This document shows, in pieces, positions 28,232 through 37,533 of a stretch of DNA of 64,000 bases. The stretch lies in the NCBI GenBank assembly GCA_963751275.1, contig CAVVTZ010000007.1, positions 32,001 to 96,000 of the forward strand. The letters run 5' to 3'. The stretch comes from an uncultured Gemmatimonadaceae bacterium (GTDB taxonomy: Bacteria > Gemmatimonadota > Gemmatimonadetes > Gemmatimonadales > Gemmatimonadaceae). The stretch's first letter is position 1; each line of letters opens with the position of its first letter. The notes beneath the pieces were generated by a model. The model did no database searches, had not been told where the DNA came from, and saw nothing but the letters and a program-made list of their open reading frames with translations. Both the position numbers and the translations under genes were made by a program.

Positions 28232-29313
28232 GCGCGCTCCGCCAGCCGCGCGAGATCCCCGCGTTGCCGCTCGAGCGACGCGAGCAGTGCGAACTGCACG
28301 CGGCAGCGGTCGAGATTCTGCCCCGGGCGCGTGATGCGGTAGTACGCATCGCCCTCGAGATGGTCGGTGAGGAAGCGCAGCCCCTGCTCGTAGACGATCG
28401 TCTCCGCGGCGACCGGCAGCAGACGCCGTTCCGCCGCGCTCAGCAGACCTGCCGTGCCCGCGAGATAGCCGCGCACGATCCCGGCGAACCGATCGCGTTC
28501 CGCATGAACGCGCGATGGATCCGGTTCGTCCTCGGCGCCGGGCGAGACCATCGATCGCACGAGGTCTCCGAAATCATAGAGGGAAAGGCCGGGCATCACC
28601 GTATCGAGATCGACCACGCAGAGCGGCTCGCCGCTGATCTCGTCGAACAGGATGTTCGCGATCTTGGCGTCGTTGTGCGCGATCCGGCGCGGGGCATCGC
28701 CGCGCGCGTGCGCGTCGGTGAGCGTCGTGGCGAGCGCGCGGCGCGCGAGCGCGAACTGCGCCGGCTCCGCCGCTCCGGAAGCGCGATGATGGCTGTCGGC
28801 GTCGAGCGCGCGCTCGAGAGCGCGCAGCCGCCGGCCGGTATCGTGGAAGCGCGGGATGGTGACGTGCAGCTGCGGCCCATCGTACGCCGCGAGCCGCCGC
28901 TGGAAATCGCCGAACGCGTGCGCGGTGACCTCGGCATCGGACGCATTCGCGGCGACGGCGCGCGTGACCGCGCCCTCGAGGAACTCGAACATCCGCCAGC
29001 ACTCGCCCAGCGCGTTCCGTGCGAGCCAGCCACCGTCGCGCGCGCGCACCGTGGTGAGCGCGCGAGCGCTCCGCGGCATCGAGCGCGCGAGGAACGCGGT
29101 CACCGACGCGATGTTGTCCATCACGCGCTCCGGCTCCTGGAAGACGCGCGTGTTCATCCGCTGCAGGAACCACCGGCGCGCCGGCGTGGCGACCACGAAT
29201 GCGTCGTGGATGTGGCCGCCGGCGTGCGGTTCGACCGTGGATACCGTACCGTCGATCGCGAACTGCGCTGCGATCGCGGCCGCGCGCGCGAGCAGGTCCT
29301 GACCCGCGCTCAC
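28228..29313 (-). CDS. APH-fold sugar kinase (N-acetylhexosamine 1-kinase-like)
   Basis: GHIHD, LQRMN, HNDAKIANILFD, VVDLDT, DFGDLVR, GLRFLTDHLEGD. GTG 29313 overlaps the upstream stop. Confidence 0.85.
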   Translation of the reverse strand: MSAGQDLLARAAAIAAQFAIDGTVSTVEPHAGGHIHDAFVVATPARRWFLQRMNTRVFQEPERVMDNIASVTAFLARSMPRSARALTTVRARDGGWLARNALGECWRMFEFLEGAVTRAVAANASDAEVTAHAFGDFQRRLAAYDGPQLHVTIPRFHDTGRRLRALERALDADSHHRASGAAEPAQFALARRALATTLTDAHARGDAPRRIAHNDAKIANILFDEISGEPLCVVDLDTVMPGLSLYDFGDLVRSMVSPGAEDEPDPSRVHAERDRFAGIVRGYLAGTAGLLSAAERRLLPVAAETIVYEQGLRFLTDHLEGDAYYRITRPGQNLDRCRVQFALLASLERQRGDLARLAERA

Positions 29314-30149
29314 GCCCAGAGATCCAGCGGGTAGACTCCGCTCGCCGTGAGGGCCGCCAGGCGCGCCGCGACGCGCGGCGCGTCGGCCGGGTACGTCACT
29401 CCGCACCACTCCCCTCCCGTGGGCAGGACGAGCACGCGCGCGGCGCGGGCGGCCACGAGCCGCCCGAGCGCATCCGGCAACAGGAATTCCCTCGACCGGT
29501 TCACTCCCGGCCCGCGCCGGAACGTATCGAACATGGGCTCGAGCTGCGCGAACACTGCCGGTGTGAATCCCCAGCAGTTCATCGACACGAGCGCGTCGTC
29601 CGGAACATCGCCGCGAACGAGGTCCGTGCGTTCCGTGATGCGCACCAGCCAACCGTCCGCATCGGTCTCGCACACCGCGCGATTCACCGGACCGGCGTCG
29701 CTGAGCGTGGCGCCCGCCGGGAATCCCGCGATGACATAGGCGGGAACGCCGGGCGACGCGGGCGCCGCGAGGAAGCCGCCGATCGCCGCGAAGGTCTCCC
29801 GTCCGTAGAAATCATCGGCATTCACCACCGCGAATGGCTCACGCACTTCGTCGGCGGCCGCGAGCACGGCGTGCGCCGTGCCCCAGGGGCGGGTGCGATC
29901 GCGATCCGTCTTCTGCACCACGCACACCACCGGAACGCGCCCCCGCAGCCGCGCTTCGAGCGAAGCCTGCGTCGCTTCCCGCATCTCCGCGCGCACCACG
30001 ACCACCACGCGGCCGAATCCCGCGTGCAGCGCGTCGAACAGCGCGTACTCCATGAGCGTCGCGCCGCCGGGGCCGATCGGCACCGTCTGTTTGTCACCTC
30101 CGAACCGCCGGCCCATTCCCGCGGCGAGCACGACGAGCGCCGGCTTCAT
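29310..30149 (-). CDS. Sugar-phosphate nucleotidyltransferase
   Basis: VLAAGMGRRFGG.KQ, PWGTAHA, VNADDFYG, VSMN.WGF. Confidence 0.9.
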   Translation of the reverse strand: MKPALVVLAAGMGRRFGGDKQTVPIGPGGATLMEYALFDALHAGFGRVVVVVRAEMREATQASLEARLRGRVPVVCVVQKTDRDRTRPWGTAHAVLAAADEVREPFAVVNADDFYGRETFAAIGGFLAAPASPGVPAYVIAGFPAGATLSDAGPVNRAVCETDADGWLVRITERTDLVRGDVPDDALVSMNCWGFTPAVFAQLEPMFDTFRRGPGVNRSREFLLPDALGRLVAARAARVLVLPTGGEWCGVTYPADAPRVAARLAALTASGVYPLDLWA

Positions 30150-30156
30150 GTGCGTG

Positions 30157-31938
30157 CTACGCCTTGGCGCCGTTGGCCGCGGGCCAGAGCCGCGGAAAGA
30201 GCCGGATCAGCCCCAGCGCACTGCCAATGAACACCGCGAGGAACATCAGCCCCTGCGGCACGCGGCCGTACAGGAAACTCCCGGTGCCGAACAGCGCCGA
30301 ATAGATCAGCGTGCAGCCGAGCACCCAGCCCAGCAGCGCCTGCGCGAGACTGTCCGGCGATGCGTTGACGCCCGACTCCGCGCGGATCGCGCTCCAGCCC
30401 GGGCCCGCGGGGCGCACGCGCTTGTAGAAGTCGACGAGCGTGCCGTGGTCCGTCGGCTCCGTGAGGAAGGCGACGGCGACCCAGATCACCGTAGTGCTCG
30501 CCACCGTGATGATGAGCGACGTGGTGGATGGCACCGCGTGCCCCAGCTTGCGCGCAACGAAGAAGCCCACCGCCACGATGAACGAACTCGCCATCGCCGC
30601 GACCTCGCTCCACGCGTTGATGCGCCACCAGAACCACCGCAGCAGGTAGATGAGCCCCGTGCCGGCGCCAATGCCCAGGATGAGATCGAAGCTCTCCTTC
30701 GCGGTGTCGAGCGCGAAGGTCAGCGACGCGGCGGCGATCATCAGCAGCGCGGTGACGACGCGGCCGGCCCACACGTAGTGGCGCTGGCTCGCATCCTTCT
30801 TGATGAATCGCTGGTAGAAATCGTGCACGAGATACGACGCGCCCCAATTCAGATGCGTCTCGATCGTCGAACGGTATGCCGCCAGCATGCCGGCGATCAT
30901 GAGGCCGAGGAATCCCGCGGGCAGGAACCGGAGCATCGCGGGATACGCCATGTCGTTCCCGATGAGCTTGGGGTCGACGTACGGATACGCATGCGCGATG
31001 TCGCCGAGCGTCGGGAAGATGAGCGTGGACGCGAGCGCGACGAGGATCCAGGGCCATGGGCGCAGCGCGTAGTGCATGAAGTTGAAGAACAGGGTGCCCG
31101 AGAGCGCGTCCTTCTCGCTCTTGGCGGCGAGCATGCGTTGCGCGATGTAGCTGCCGCCGCCCGGCTCGGCGCCGGGGTACCATACCGACCACCATTGGAT
31201 CGTGATCGGGATGATCAGCACCGCGAGCGCGGTGGGCCAGTCGCCGAAATCGGGCAGGAGCGAGAGCGTCTTAGGGTCGATCTTCTGGATGAGCCCGCTG
31301 AGCCCGCCCACCGCCGGCTGCTGGAGCGCGAAGTACGCGACGGCGAACGTGCCGGTCATCGTGATCAGGAACTGGATCGAGTCGGTGACCATCACGCCCC
31401 ACAAACCGGACACCGACGCGAAGAAGATCGTGATCGTCGCGGCGAAGAGGAGCGTGCGTTCCATGCTCCAGCCGAGCACGACGTTGCCGATCTTGGCGGC
31501 GGCGAGGTTCACCGTCGCCATGATGACGCAGTTGAAGAAGAGGCCGAGGTAGATCGCGCGGAATCCGCGCACGAAGGTGGCCGGTTTGCCGGAGTAGCGG
31601 ATCTCATAGAATTCGAGGTCCGTCATCACGCCGGAGCGGCGCCACATCCGCGCGTAGAAGAAGACCGTGAGCATGCCGGTGAGCAGGAACGACCACCAGA
31701 GCCAGTTGTCGGAGACGCCCTTCTCGCGCACCATGTTGGTCACGAGGTTCGGCGTGTCGGTGCTGAAGGTCGTGGCGACCATCGAGACCCCGATGAGCCA
31801 CCACGGGGCGGCACGGCCCGACGTGAAGAACTCCGTGGTGCTCCGGCTCGCGCGCTTCACGAGGAAGATCGCCGGCAGGAACGAGATGATGATCGAACCG
31901 AAGATGATCGCGAGATCGAGCGTGGTCAGATGCATCAC
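30157..31938 (-). CDS. Sodium:solute symporter family protein
   Basis: FFTSGR..PWW..G.SMVATTF, GLWGVMVTD..QF, QRMLAAK. Confidence 0.93.
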   Translation of the reverse strand: MMHLTTLDLAIIFGSIIISFLPAIFLVKRASRSTTEFFTSGRAAPWWLIGVSMVATTFSTDTPNLVTNMVREKGVSDNWLWWSFLLTGMLTVFFYARMWRRSGVMTDLEFYEIRYSGKPATFVRGFRAIYLGLFFNCVIMATVNLAAAKIGNVVLGWSMERTLLFAATITIFFASVSGLWGVMVTDSIQFLITMTGTFAVAYFALQQPAVGGLSGLIQKIDPKTLSLLPDFGDWPTALAVLIIPITIQWWSVWYPGAEPGGGSYIAQRMLAAKSEKDALSGTLFFNFMHYALRPWPWILVALASTLIFPTLGDIAHAYPYVDPKLIGNDMAYPAMLRFLPAGFLGLMIAGMLAAYRSTIETHLNWGASYLVHDFYQRFIKKDASQRHYVWAGRVVTALLMIAAASLTFALDTAKESFDLILGIGAGTGLIYLLRWFWWRINAWSEVAAMASSFIVAVGFFVARKLGHAVPSTTSLIITVASTTVIWVAVAFLTEPTDHGTLVDFYKRVRPAGPGWSAIRAESGVNASPDSLAQALLGWVLGCTLIYSALFGTGSFLYGRVPQGLMFLAVFIGSALGLIRLFPRLWPAANGAKA

Positions 31939-31959
31939 GGGCTCCGGATGGGCGCGTGG

Positions 31960-34032
31960 TCAGCGCGCGTCGGTCGCGAGCGTAAGGACCTGGAACGGTT
32001 CGAGCGTGATCGTGCGCGGAGCGCCGGCACGCAGCATCACCGCGGGGCGCTCGCGTTCCGAGGCCCATGGGCTGCGGAGCGTGTACGACCGCGGCGCGCC
32101 GTCCGGGAGTTCGAACGCCGTGGCGGCGTCGATCGCGATCGTCTGCCGTTTGTCGGCGGGGTTCCGGAGCGTGAGCGTCGCGGCGCCGGGCGACCAGGCG
32201 GCCCAGCCGTACGGTTCGAGCTTCCCGGGATCGCCGCCCACCCAGTGCGTGTCGACGAGCGTGCCGGCGTGCGCCCGCGACCAGCGCGCGCACTCGGCGA
32301 TCGTGTCCCAGTCGGCGTCGCTGAGCAGCGAGGGCGTGATGTACATCTCCTGCAGCTGCGTGCCGGTGCCGAAATACGAGCGCGCCTCATCGCGGAAGTC
32401 CGATTGCGGATCGGCGTCGAGACAATGCGCGTGCTTGGCGTAGATCATTCCGTGCAGCATCAGCGAATTGATCGGATAGAGCGGCCCGCTCCGCACGATC
32501 CCCGCGTAGGTGTCCGCATCGCGGTACGTGATCCACTGCTGGCGCATCGAGCCGACGCCGGCGAACTCGTGATCCTCGCCCCCGCGCCAGATCGCATCGC
32601 TGTAGCGGAGCCAGAAGGGCGACGGGTACGTGCCCGTGGTCAGATTCACGAACAGATCCGGCTCTTCGGCGCGGAGATCGCCGATGAGCGCGATCGCCGC
32701 ATCGAAATCGCTGTCGAACACGCTGCCCGGGAACGCGCTCGCGGCGTTGCCGGTGCCGTCGATCTTGAACTGGTTCACGCCGTAGCGGCGGATCATGTCG
32801 AGGCAGGTGTCGTGGAAGCGCTGGTAATACTTGGGGCCGGACAACTGAAAGCCGCCCGCGTTCGTCTCGAATCCCTGCGCGCTGCCGGCCGCGATGCGCG
32901 CCTTCTTGGGGTCGCCGTACCCGCCCCACGGCGACATCCAGACGCCGGGCGCCGCGCCGTAGCGCGCGGTCGCATCGCGCACCCGCGCGAATCCCTGCGG
33001 GAATCCTGAGTGGAACCCCCAGAGCGACGCCGGATCATCCCACCCATCATCGAACAGGAACGAGCTGAGCACGACCTTTCGCCGCTGCTGCAACTCCGTG
33101 CCGTACGCCGCGATCACCGCGAGCGCATCGGCTTCGTCGTACTTCGAGAAGTACCCGATGTCGTACCAGGAGTTGTAGTGCAGGAAGGTGCGGTACGGAT
33201 GCGCGCGCTCACGCTCGACATAGCCGAGGAAGTCGCGCCGCAGTTGGCCCGTGCGCGTCACGCCGGCCACCGAGCTCGCGGTGAACGATGCGCCGGGACG
33301 CAGCGGCAGTTCGCGCGCGAGCGAGCAACGGGCGCGCCCGGCATCCACGGTGCTCGTCGAGAGCGGATGTTCGAACGCCGTGAACGCGCCGCCCGCGACC
33401 ACCGGGCTCCCTTTCACCGTGCCAACGACCGAGGCGCCTGGCATGGCAATGTCCACGAGTACGATCTCCTGCACCGGCAGCGGATCCTTCAGCGCGCTGA
33501 ACGTGATCTCCTGGCGCAGATAGCGCGACCCATCGCGCAGCACACCGCGCCAGGTGGCTTCCACGCGCTCGTCGGCGTCCCGCAGCGTCACCGACACCTG
33601 CCAGCCCGCGAACCGCTCGGCGAGCCGCGATGCGTTCGCGCGCGCCACCAACCGTTCCGCGTGCGGGCCGGATACGACGCGCATCGCATCCGAGCCAAGG
33701 CGCGCACCGCCGGCCAACACGAGCGTGAACGGCGCCGGCGCCGGCGTGAGCGTTACGCCAGCCAGCTGGTCCACGATCTCACGCGCCTGGAAGACGCCAC
33801 CGCTCAGGTTCCAGACGCCACGGATCTCGGCGTTGCCGAGCATGAGCCGGCCGTCATGATAGGAGTAGGATGCGGTGAGCGGACCGGCCGCCGCGTTCTC
33901 GAGGAGCTGGGCGACGGGCAGCGCACCGGAGCGCGCGGCGCCGATGCCGGCGCCGAAAAGCGCGCTCCGCTCAAGGAAGGACCGGCGGGAGATCTCCTGC
34001 GACGGCGCGTTCGGCGGATCGATCGGGCTCAC
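31960..34032 (-). CDS. Tat-exported glycoside hydrolase, GH36/clan D-like ('enterotoxin'-annotated family)
   Basis: SRRSFL Tat motif; YNSWYD, FLFDDGW, GVWMSP and FKIDG (nucleophile-like). GTG 34032 with GAGGA SD. Confidence 0.7.
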   Translation of the reverse strand: MSPIDPPNAPSQEISRRSFLERSALFGAGIGAARSGALPVAQLLENAAAGPLTASYSYHDGRLMLGNAEIRGVWNLSGGVFQAREIVDQLAGVTLTPAPAPFTLVLAGGARLGSDAMRVVSGPHAERLVARANASRLAERFAGWQVSVTLRDADERVEATWRGVLRDGSRYLRQEITFSALKDPLPVQEIVLVDIAMPGASVVGTVKGSPVVAGGAFTAFEHPLSTSTVDAGRARCSLARELPLRPGASFTASSVAGVTRTGQLRRDFLGYVERERAHPYRTFLHYNSWYDIGYFSKYDEADALAVIAAYGTELQQRRKVVLSSFLFDDGWDDPASLWGFHSGFPQGFARVRDATARYGAAPGVWMSPWGGYGDPKKARIAAGSAQGFETNAGGFQLSGPKYYQRFHDTCLDMIRRYGVNQFKIDGTGNAASAFPGSVFDSDFDAAIALIGDLRAEEPDLFVNLTTGTYPSPFWLRYSDAIWRGGEDHEFAGVGSMRQQWITYRDADTYAGIVRSGPLYPINSLMLHGMIYAKHAHCLDADPQSDFRDEARSYFGTGTQLQEMYITPSLLSDADWDTIAECARWSRAHAGTLVDTHWVGGDPGKLEPYGWAAWSPGAATLTLRNPADKRQTIAIDAATAFELPDGAPRSYTLRSPWASERERPAVMLRAGAPRTITLEPFQVLTLATDAR

Positions 34033-34092
34033 AGCGGTCCTCGAGTGGGGGCGGCGTCCAGAGAGGATGGCGCACGAGAGGGCCGGATACAA

Positions 34093-34121
34093 GAATGGCG
34101 GGGCAATTTGCCCCGCCATTC
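34093..34121. terminator. Intrinsic terminator-like hairpin
   Basis: Perfect inverted repeat GAATGGCGGGGCAA-T-TTGCCCCGCCATTC downstream of the small minus-strand gene. Confidence 0.75.
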
Positions 34122-34146
34122 ACTTTTCGACCCTCGCGTCGCCGGG

Positions 34147-34386
34147 CTACCGCGGACGGTACGGCAGGTGCATCGCGCGCCGTGCGAGCACGGCCCCGTA
34201 GTATTCGAGGATCCGCGTCTGCACCGAGTTGCGCGTGTCGCCGGACACGGCCCGGAACGGCGCGTACCGCTGCCGGTCCGAGGTGACGCCGAACCACCAC
34301 CATGCATCGCTCGCGGCCGCTTCGCGCTCTTCGACGGTGCACGTATACTTCCGGCCGCTATCCTCGAACTCGAATCCGTTGATCAT
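34147..34386 (-). CDS. Small hypothetical protein
   Basis: 79 aa with protein-like composition (AWWWFGV, RYAPF), GGAG SD and a following terminator. Confidence 0.65.
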   Translation of the reverse strand: MINGFEFEDSGRKYTCTVEEREAAASDAWWWFGVTSDRQRYAPFRAVSGDTRNSVQTRILEYYGAVLARRAMHLPYRPR

Positions 34387-34451
34387 CCAGCGCTCCGCGC
34401 AGTGGTGGGACATTCAATCTACTCAGATGCGCGCGTCCACGCCGGATGCGG

Positions 34452-34489
34452 CACGGCCCGCGACTCCTGCGGGGGAGTGGCGGGCCGTG
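34452..34489. terminator. Hairpin downstream of tRNA-Phe
   Basis: CACGGCCCGC.ACTCC-loop-GGAGT.GCGGGCCGTG. Confidence 0.55.
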
Positions 34490-34501
34490 AACGCGGAGCA
34501 A

Positions 34502-34574
<73 letters not shown>

Positions 34575-34634
34575 GCACATTGCAGCAGTGAATCCTAACC
34601 CGCCGACGCACTCCATTCAACTCCGGCACCTCGC

Positions 34635-35465
34635 ATGACGCTCCGGCCGCGCTTCGTTCCGCTCGCGATCGCGCTCACCTTCCTCGCCGGCGCCTGCCGG
34701 CCGGGCGATGGGAGCGCATCCGCACCGCCGGTCGTGACGGTGACCGCGTCGCCGTACCATTTCGACGCCCCCGATACCGTGCCTGCTGGACTCACCACTC
34801 TTCGTCTCGTCACGAAGGGCCCGGAATTGCATCAGCTCGCGCTCATCCGGATCGGCGGCGGGAAGACCTTCGCGCAATTCATGGATCGCCTCAAACAGGC
34901 CGGGCCCCCACCCGATTGGGTCAGCATGGCCGGCGGGGTGGATCCACCGCGCGCGGGCGGGACCGCCGAGGTGACGATGACGCTGGAGCCCGGCACCTAC
35001 GCGATCGTCTGCTTCCTGCAAACAGCGGAGGGACTGCCGCACGTCGTGAAGGGGGAATACCGTGAGCTCACCGTGATCCCGTCGCACGGGTCTTCCGCGG
35101 CGGCGCCCGTCCCCACCGACACGCTCGTCGCGTACGACTACGGGTTCACCACGTCGCGGCCCATCACCGCCGGACACCACACGTTCCTCTTCATCAACAA
35201 GGGACCGCAGGCACATGAGGTCACGGTCGTGCGCCTCGTGCCGGGAAGCTCGGCCGCGGATTATGCGGCGTGGTTCGACCACCAGCAGGGGCCGCCGCCC
35301 GGCGAGCCGCTCGGCGGGGTCTTCACCATGCGCACCGACCAGCGCGCCTTCTTCACCGTGGATTTCACCCCCGGGGAGTACGCGATGCTCTGTTTCAGTC
35401 CGGATGAGAAGGACGGGCTCTCGCACGAATCGCACGGGATGATCCGGCAGATCACCGTGCGGTAG
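34635..35465 (+). CDS. Lipoprotein with two cupredoxin-like domains
   Basis: Lipobox LAGAC; two repeats H...PGxY..C....H..G[E/M]. Confidence 0.7.
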   Translation: MTLRPRFVPLAIALTFLAGACRPGDGSASAPPVVTVTASPYHFDAPDTVPAGLTTLRLVTKGPELHQLALIRIGGGKTFAQFMDRLKQAGPPPDWVSMAGGVDPPRAGGTAEVTMTLEPGTYAIVCFLQTAEGLPHVVKGEYRELTVIPSHGSSAAAPVPTDTLVAYDYGFTTSRPITAGHHTFLFINKGPQAHEVTVVRLVPGSSAADYAAWFDHQQGPPPGEPLGGVFTMRTDQRAFFTVDFTPGEYAMLCFSPDEKDGLSHESHGMIRQITVR

Positions 35466-35468
35466 GTA

Positions 35469-35867
35469 CTACTTCGGTTTCGTCCCGTGCCGCGCGGTGA
35501 TCACCGACTTGATGCCGCCGCGCACGTTGAAGTCGCCCACGACCTCCATCCACCGCGGCTGCGCGCGGGCGGCGAGGTCGTCGAGGATGCGGTTCACCGC
35601 GCGCTCGTAGAAGATCCCGTCGTTGCGGAAGCTCCAGAAGTAGAGCTTCACGCTCTTGAGTTCGAGACAGAGCTCGCCGGGGATGTACGTAACCACGATC
35701 GTCCCGAAGTCCGGCGCGCCCCCCTGGAGCAGCGTGAGCTCCGCCGCGTCACTCTCGATGCCGCCCACCGGGCACAGCGAGGTGAACTCGGCGCACTCGA
35801 GCCGGATCTCGTAGTCGCGCTTCGGATGCGGATTCGGGAACGTCTCGAGCAGTTCGGGCTTCGGCAT
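35469..35867 (-). CDS. queF: 7-cyano-7-deazaguanine reductase (type I QueF) with insertion
   Basis: LETFPNP, EFTSLCP...PDF, ELKSVKLY, FNVRGGI. Confidence 0.88.
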   Translation of the reverse strand: MPKPELLETFPNPHPKRDYEIRLECAEFTSLCPVGGIESDAAELTLLQGGAPDFGTIVVTYIPGELCLELKSVKLYFWSFRNDGIFYERAVNRILDDLAARAQPRWMEVVGDFNVRGGIKSVITARHGTKPK

Positions 35868-35919
35868 GCGTCAACGATAGGCCGCGCGCGGCGGACGCGC
35901 CACCGCCGCGCGCTCGCGC

Positions 35920-37533
35920 TCAGTGCGCGGGGCCGAGGAGCTTCTGCGCCTGGTCGAACGACTGCGCGGCGAGGAAGACGTCCGGGTCGAGCAGCGCGAC
36001 GAGACGGTAGAAGCCTTCCTCTCCGAACTTCACCTGCGCGACGCGCTTGACGAGCACGCGGTTGAGCAGGCTGTCCGCCTCGGGGCCGGGTGGCACGACG
36101 ATGCCTTCCTTCGCGACGTATTGACGGAATTCCGCGATCGCGGCGTCCGGCATGCGCGGATGCGCCGCGAGCTCGTCGAGCGACGGGAAGAGCGCCGGAT
36201 TAGCGGAGATGTATCCCGGGATCCACTTGATCTGCAGGTCCGACTCGAGAATCCGGTAGTCCCACGCCGGCGCGGTCGGCCGCGGCGCGAAGACGATGTC
36301 GGGGTAGATGCCGCCGCCGCCGTACACCACGCGGCCGTTGTCCGTCTTGCACCATGGCCGGCCCGCGGTGTCACGCGCGGTGCGCGCCATCCGGTAGTAC
36401 TCGCGCCGCGTCATCGCATGGTATTGCCGCTGGATCACGCGGCCGCACGGCGTGCGCACGTGGCCGATCACGAGCTCAATGTATCCGTAGAATTGACTGC
36501 CGTTGCCCAGCGGGAATCCTTGCATCAGCAGCGCTTTCCCGAACGTCGGCTGTCCAACGATCAGCGCGCGATCGTGATCCTGGAGCGCGCCCGCTACCAT
36601 CTCCGATGCGCTGGCGGTCCCATCGTCCACCATCAGCACGATCGGGAATCGCTCCTCGCTCTTCCAGAACGAGCGCTTCACGCGGCCGGTGTCGGTGACC
36701 TCCGACTTCCGTCCTTCGGAGGTGTACACGAGCGAGCCGGATGGAAGGAACTCGCCGGCGACCTTCGCCGCCTCGTCCACGCGGCCTCCGCCATTGGCCC
36801 GGAGGTCGAGCACCAGGCGCTCCATGCCGTGATTCTGGAGCCTTCCGATGGAACGATGGAGATCGTCGGAGATGTCTTCGCCGAGGAAGGTGTTGATGCG
36901 GATGTAGCCGGTCTTGCCATCGAGCATGAACGCGACGGGCACTGAGGTCTCGCCCTTGTCGGGCCGCTCGCGTTTCACGTCGCGGAAGATGGTCGTGATC
37001 GTCCCGTCCACACGGCGGCGCTCGAAGGTCAGTTTGACCACCGACTTCTTGGGACCGCTGAGTTCGAGGTCGAGTTCCTGCTCGCGCTCCGAGGCGACCG
37101 CGCGGCCATCGGCGGCGATGAGTGCGTCGCCGCGCAGGATGTCGAGTTCGGCCGCAGCCGTGCCCGGTGCGATCCCGACCACGATCGGCGTTCCCTCGAT
37201 GAACTCGAAGGTCAGCGGCACGGGGTACAGCTTGCCGTCGCGGTAGGCTCTCTCCTTCTCGGCGGACATCGGCGTGAACCAGACGACGAACGAGTGCGGA
37301 TCCGCGGCGTGCACCATGCCCTCCACCGCCGCCTCGATCAATTCATGCTGGTCGATCGAGTCCGGGTGGTTCACCCGGATCTGATTGAGTACCTGGCTGA
37401 ACATCGCCATGTCCTCGTACGCCGTGCGCGGCCGGGTGATCTTGGTCGCGCTGTCGGGCGCCACCTGTGCCGCAGCGAGACCGGCGCATACCACCGCGGC
37501 GAGTGCGGCCGCCCACGCGAAGGCGTGTCTCAT
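35920..37533 (-). CDS. S41 carboxyl-terminal protease (PDZ)
   Basis: DPHS, LDLRANGGG, TASASEMVAGALQDHDRA, TFGK. Confidence 0.92.
   Translation of the reverse strand: MRHAFAWAAALAAVVCAGLAAAQVAPDSATKITRPRTAYEDMAMFSQVLNQIRVNHPDSIDQHELIEAAVEGMVHAADPHSFVVWFTPMSAEKERAYRDGKLYPVPLTFEFIEGTPIVVGIAPGTAAAELDILRGDALIAADGRAVASEREQELDLELSGPKKSVVKLTFERRRVDGTITTIFRDVKRERPDKGETSVPVAFMLDGKTGYIRINTFLGEDISDDLHRSIGRLQNHGMERLVLDLRANGGGRVDEAAKVAGEFLPSGSLVYTSEGRKSEVTDTGRVKRSFWKSEERFPIVLMVDDGTASASEMVAGALQDHDRALIVGQPTFGKALLMQGFPLGNGSQFYGYIELVIGHVRTPCGRVIQRQYHAMTRREYYRMARTARDTAGRPWCKTDNGRVVYGGGGIYPDIVFAPRPTAPAWDYRILESDLQIKWIPGYISANPALFPSLDELAAHPRMPDAAIAEFRQYVAKEGIVVPPGPEADSLLNRVLVKRVAQVKFGEEGFYRLVALLDPDVFLAAQSFDQAQKLLGPAH

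Noticed and set aside
29878..33009. 1043-aa plus-strand ORF and many other long overlapping ORFs (e.g. 9424-11667, 61129-62955)
   Set aside because: They are antisense or alternate-frame shadows of well-supported genes, Arg/Ala-rich and without motifs, as expected at ~70% GC.
31960..34032. Toxin/virulence gene
   Set aside because: Glycoside-hydrolase motifs and the sugar operon context argue against a toxin, despite the family's common label.
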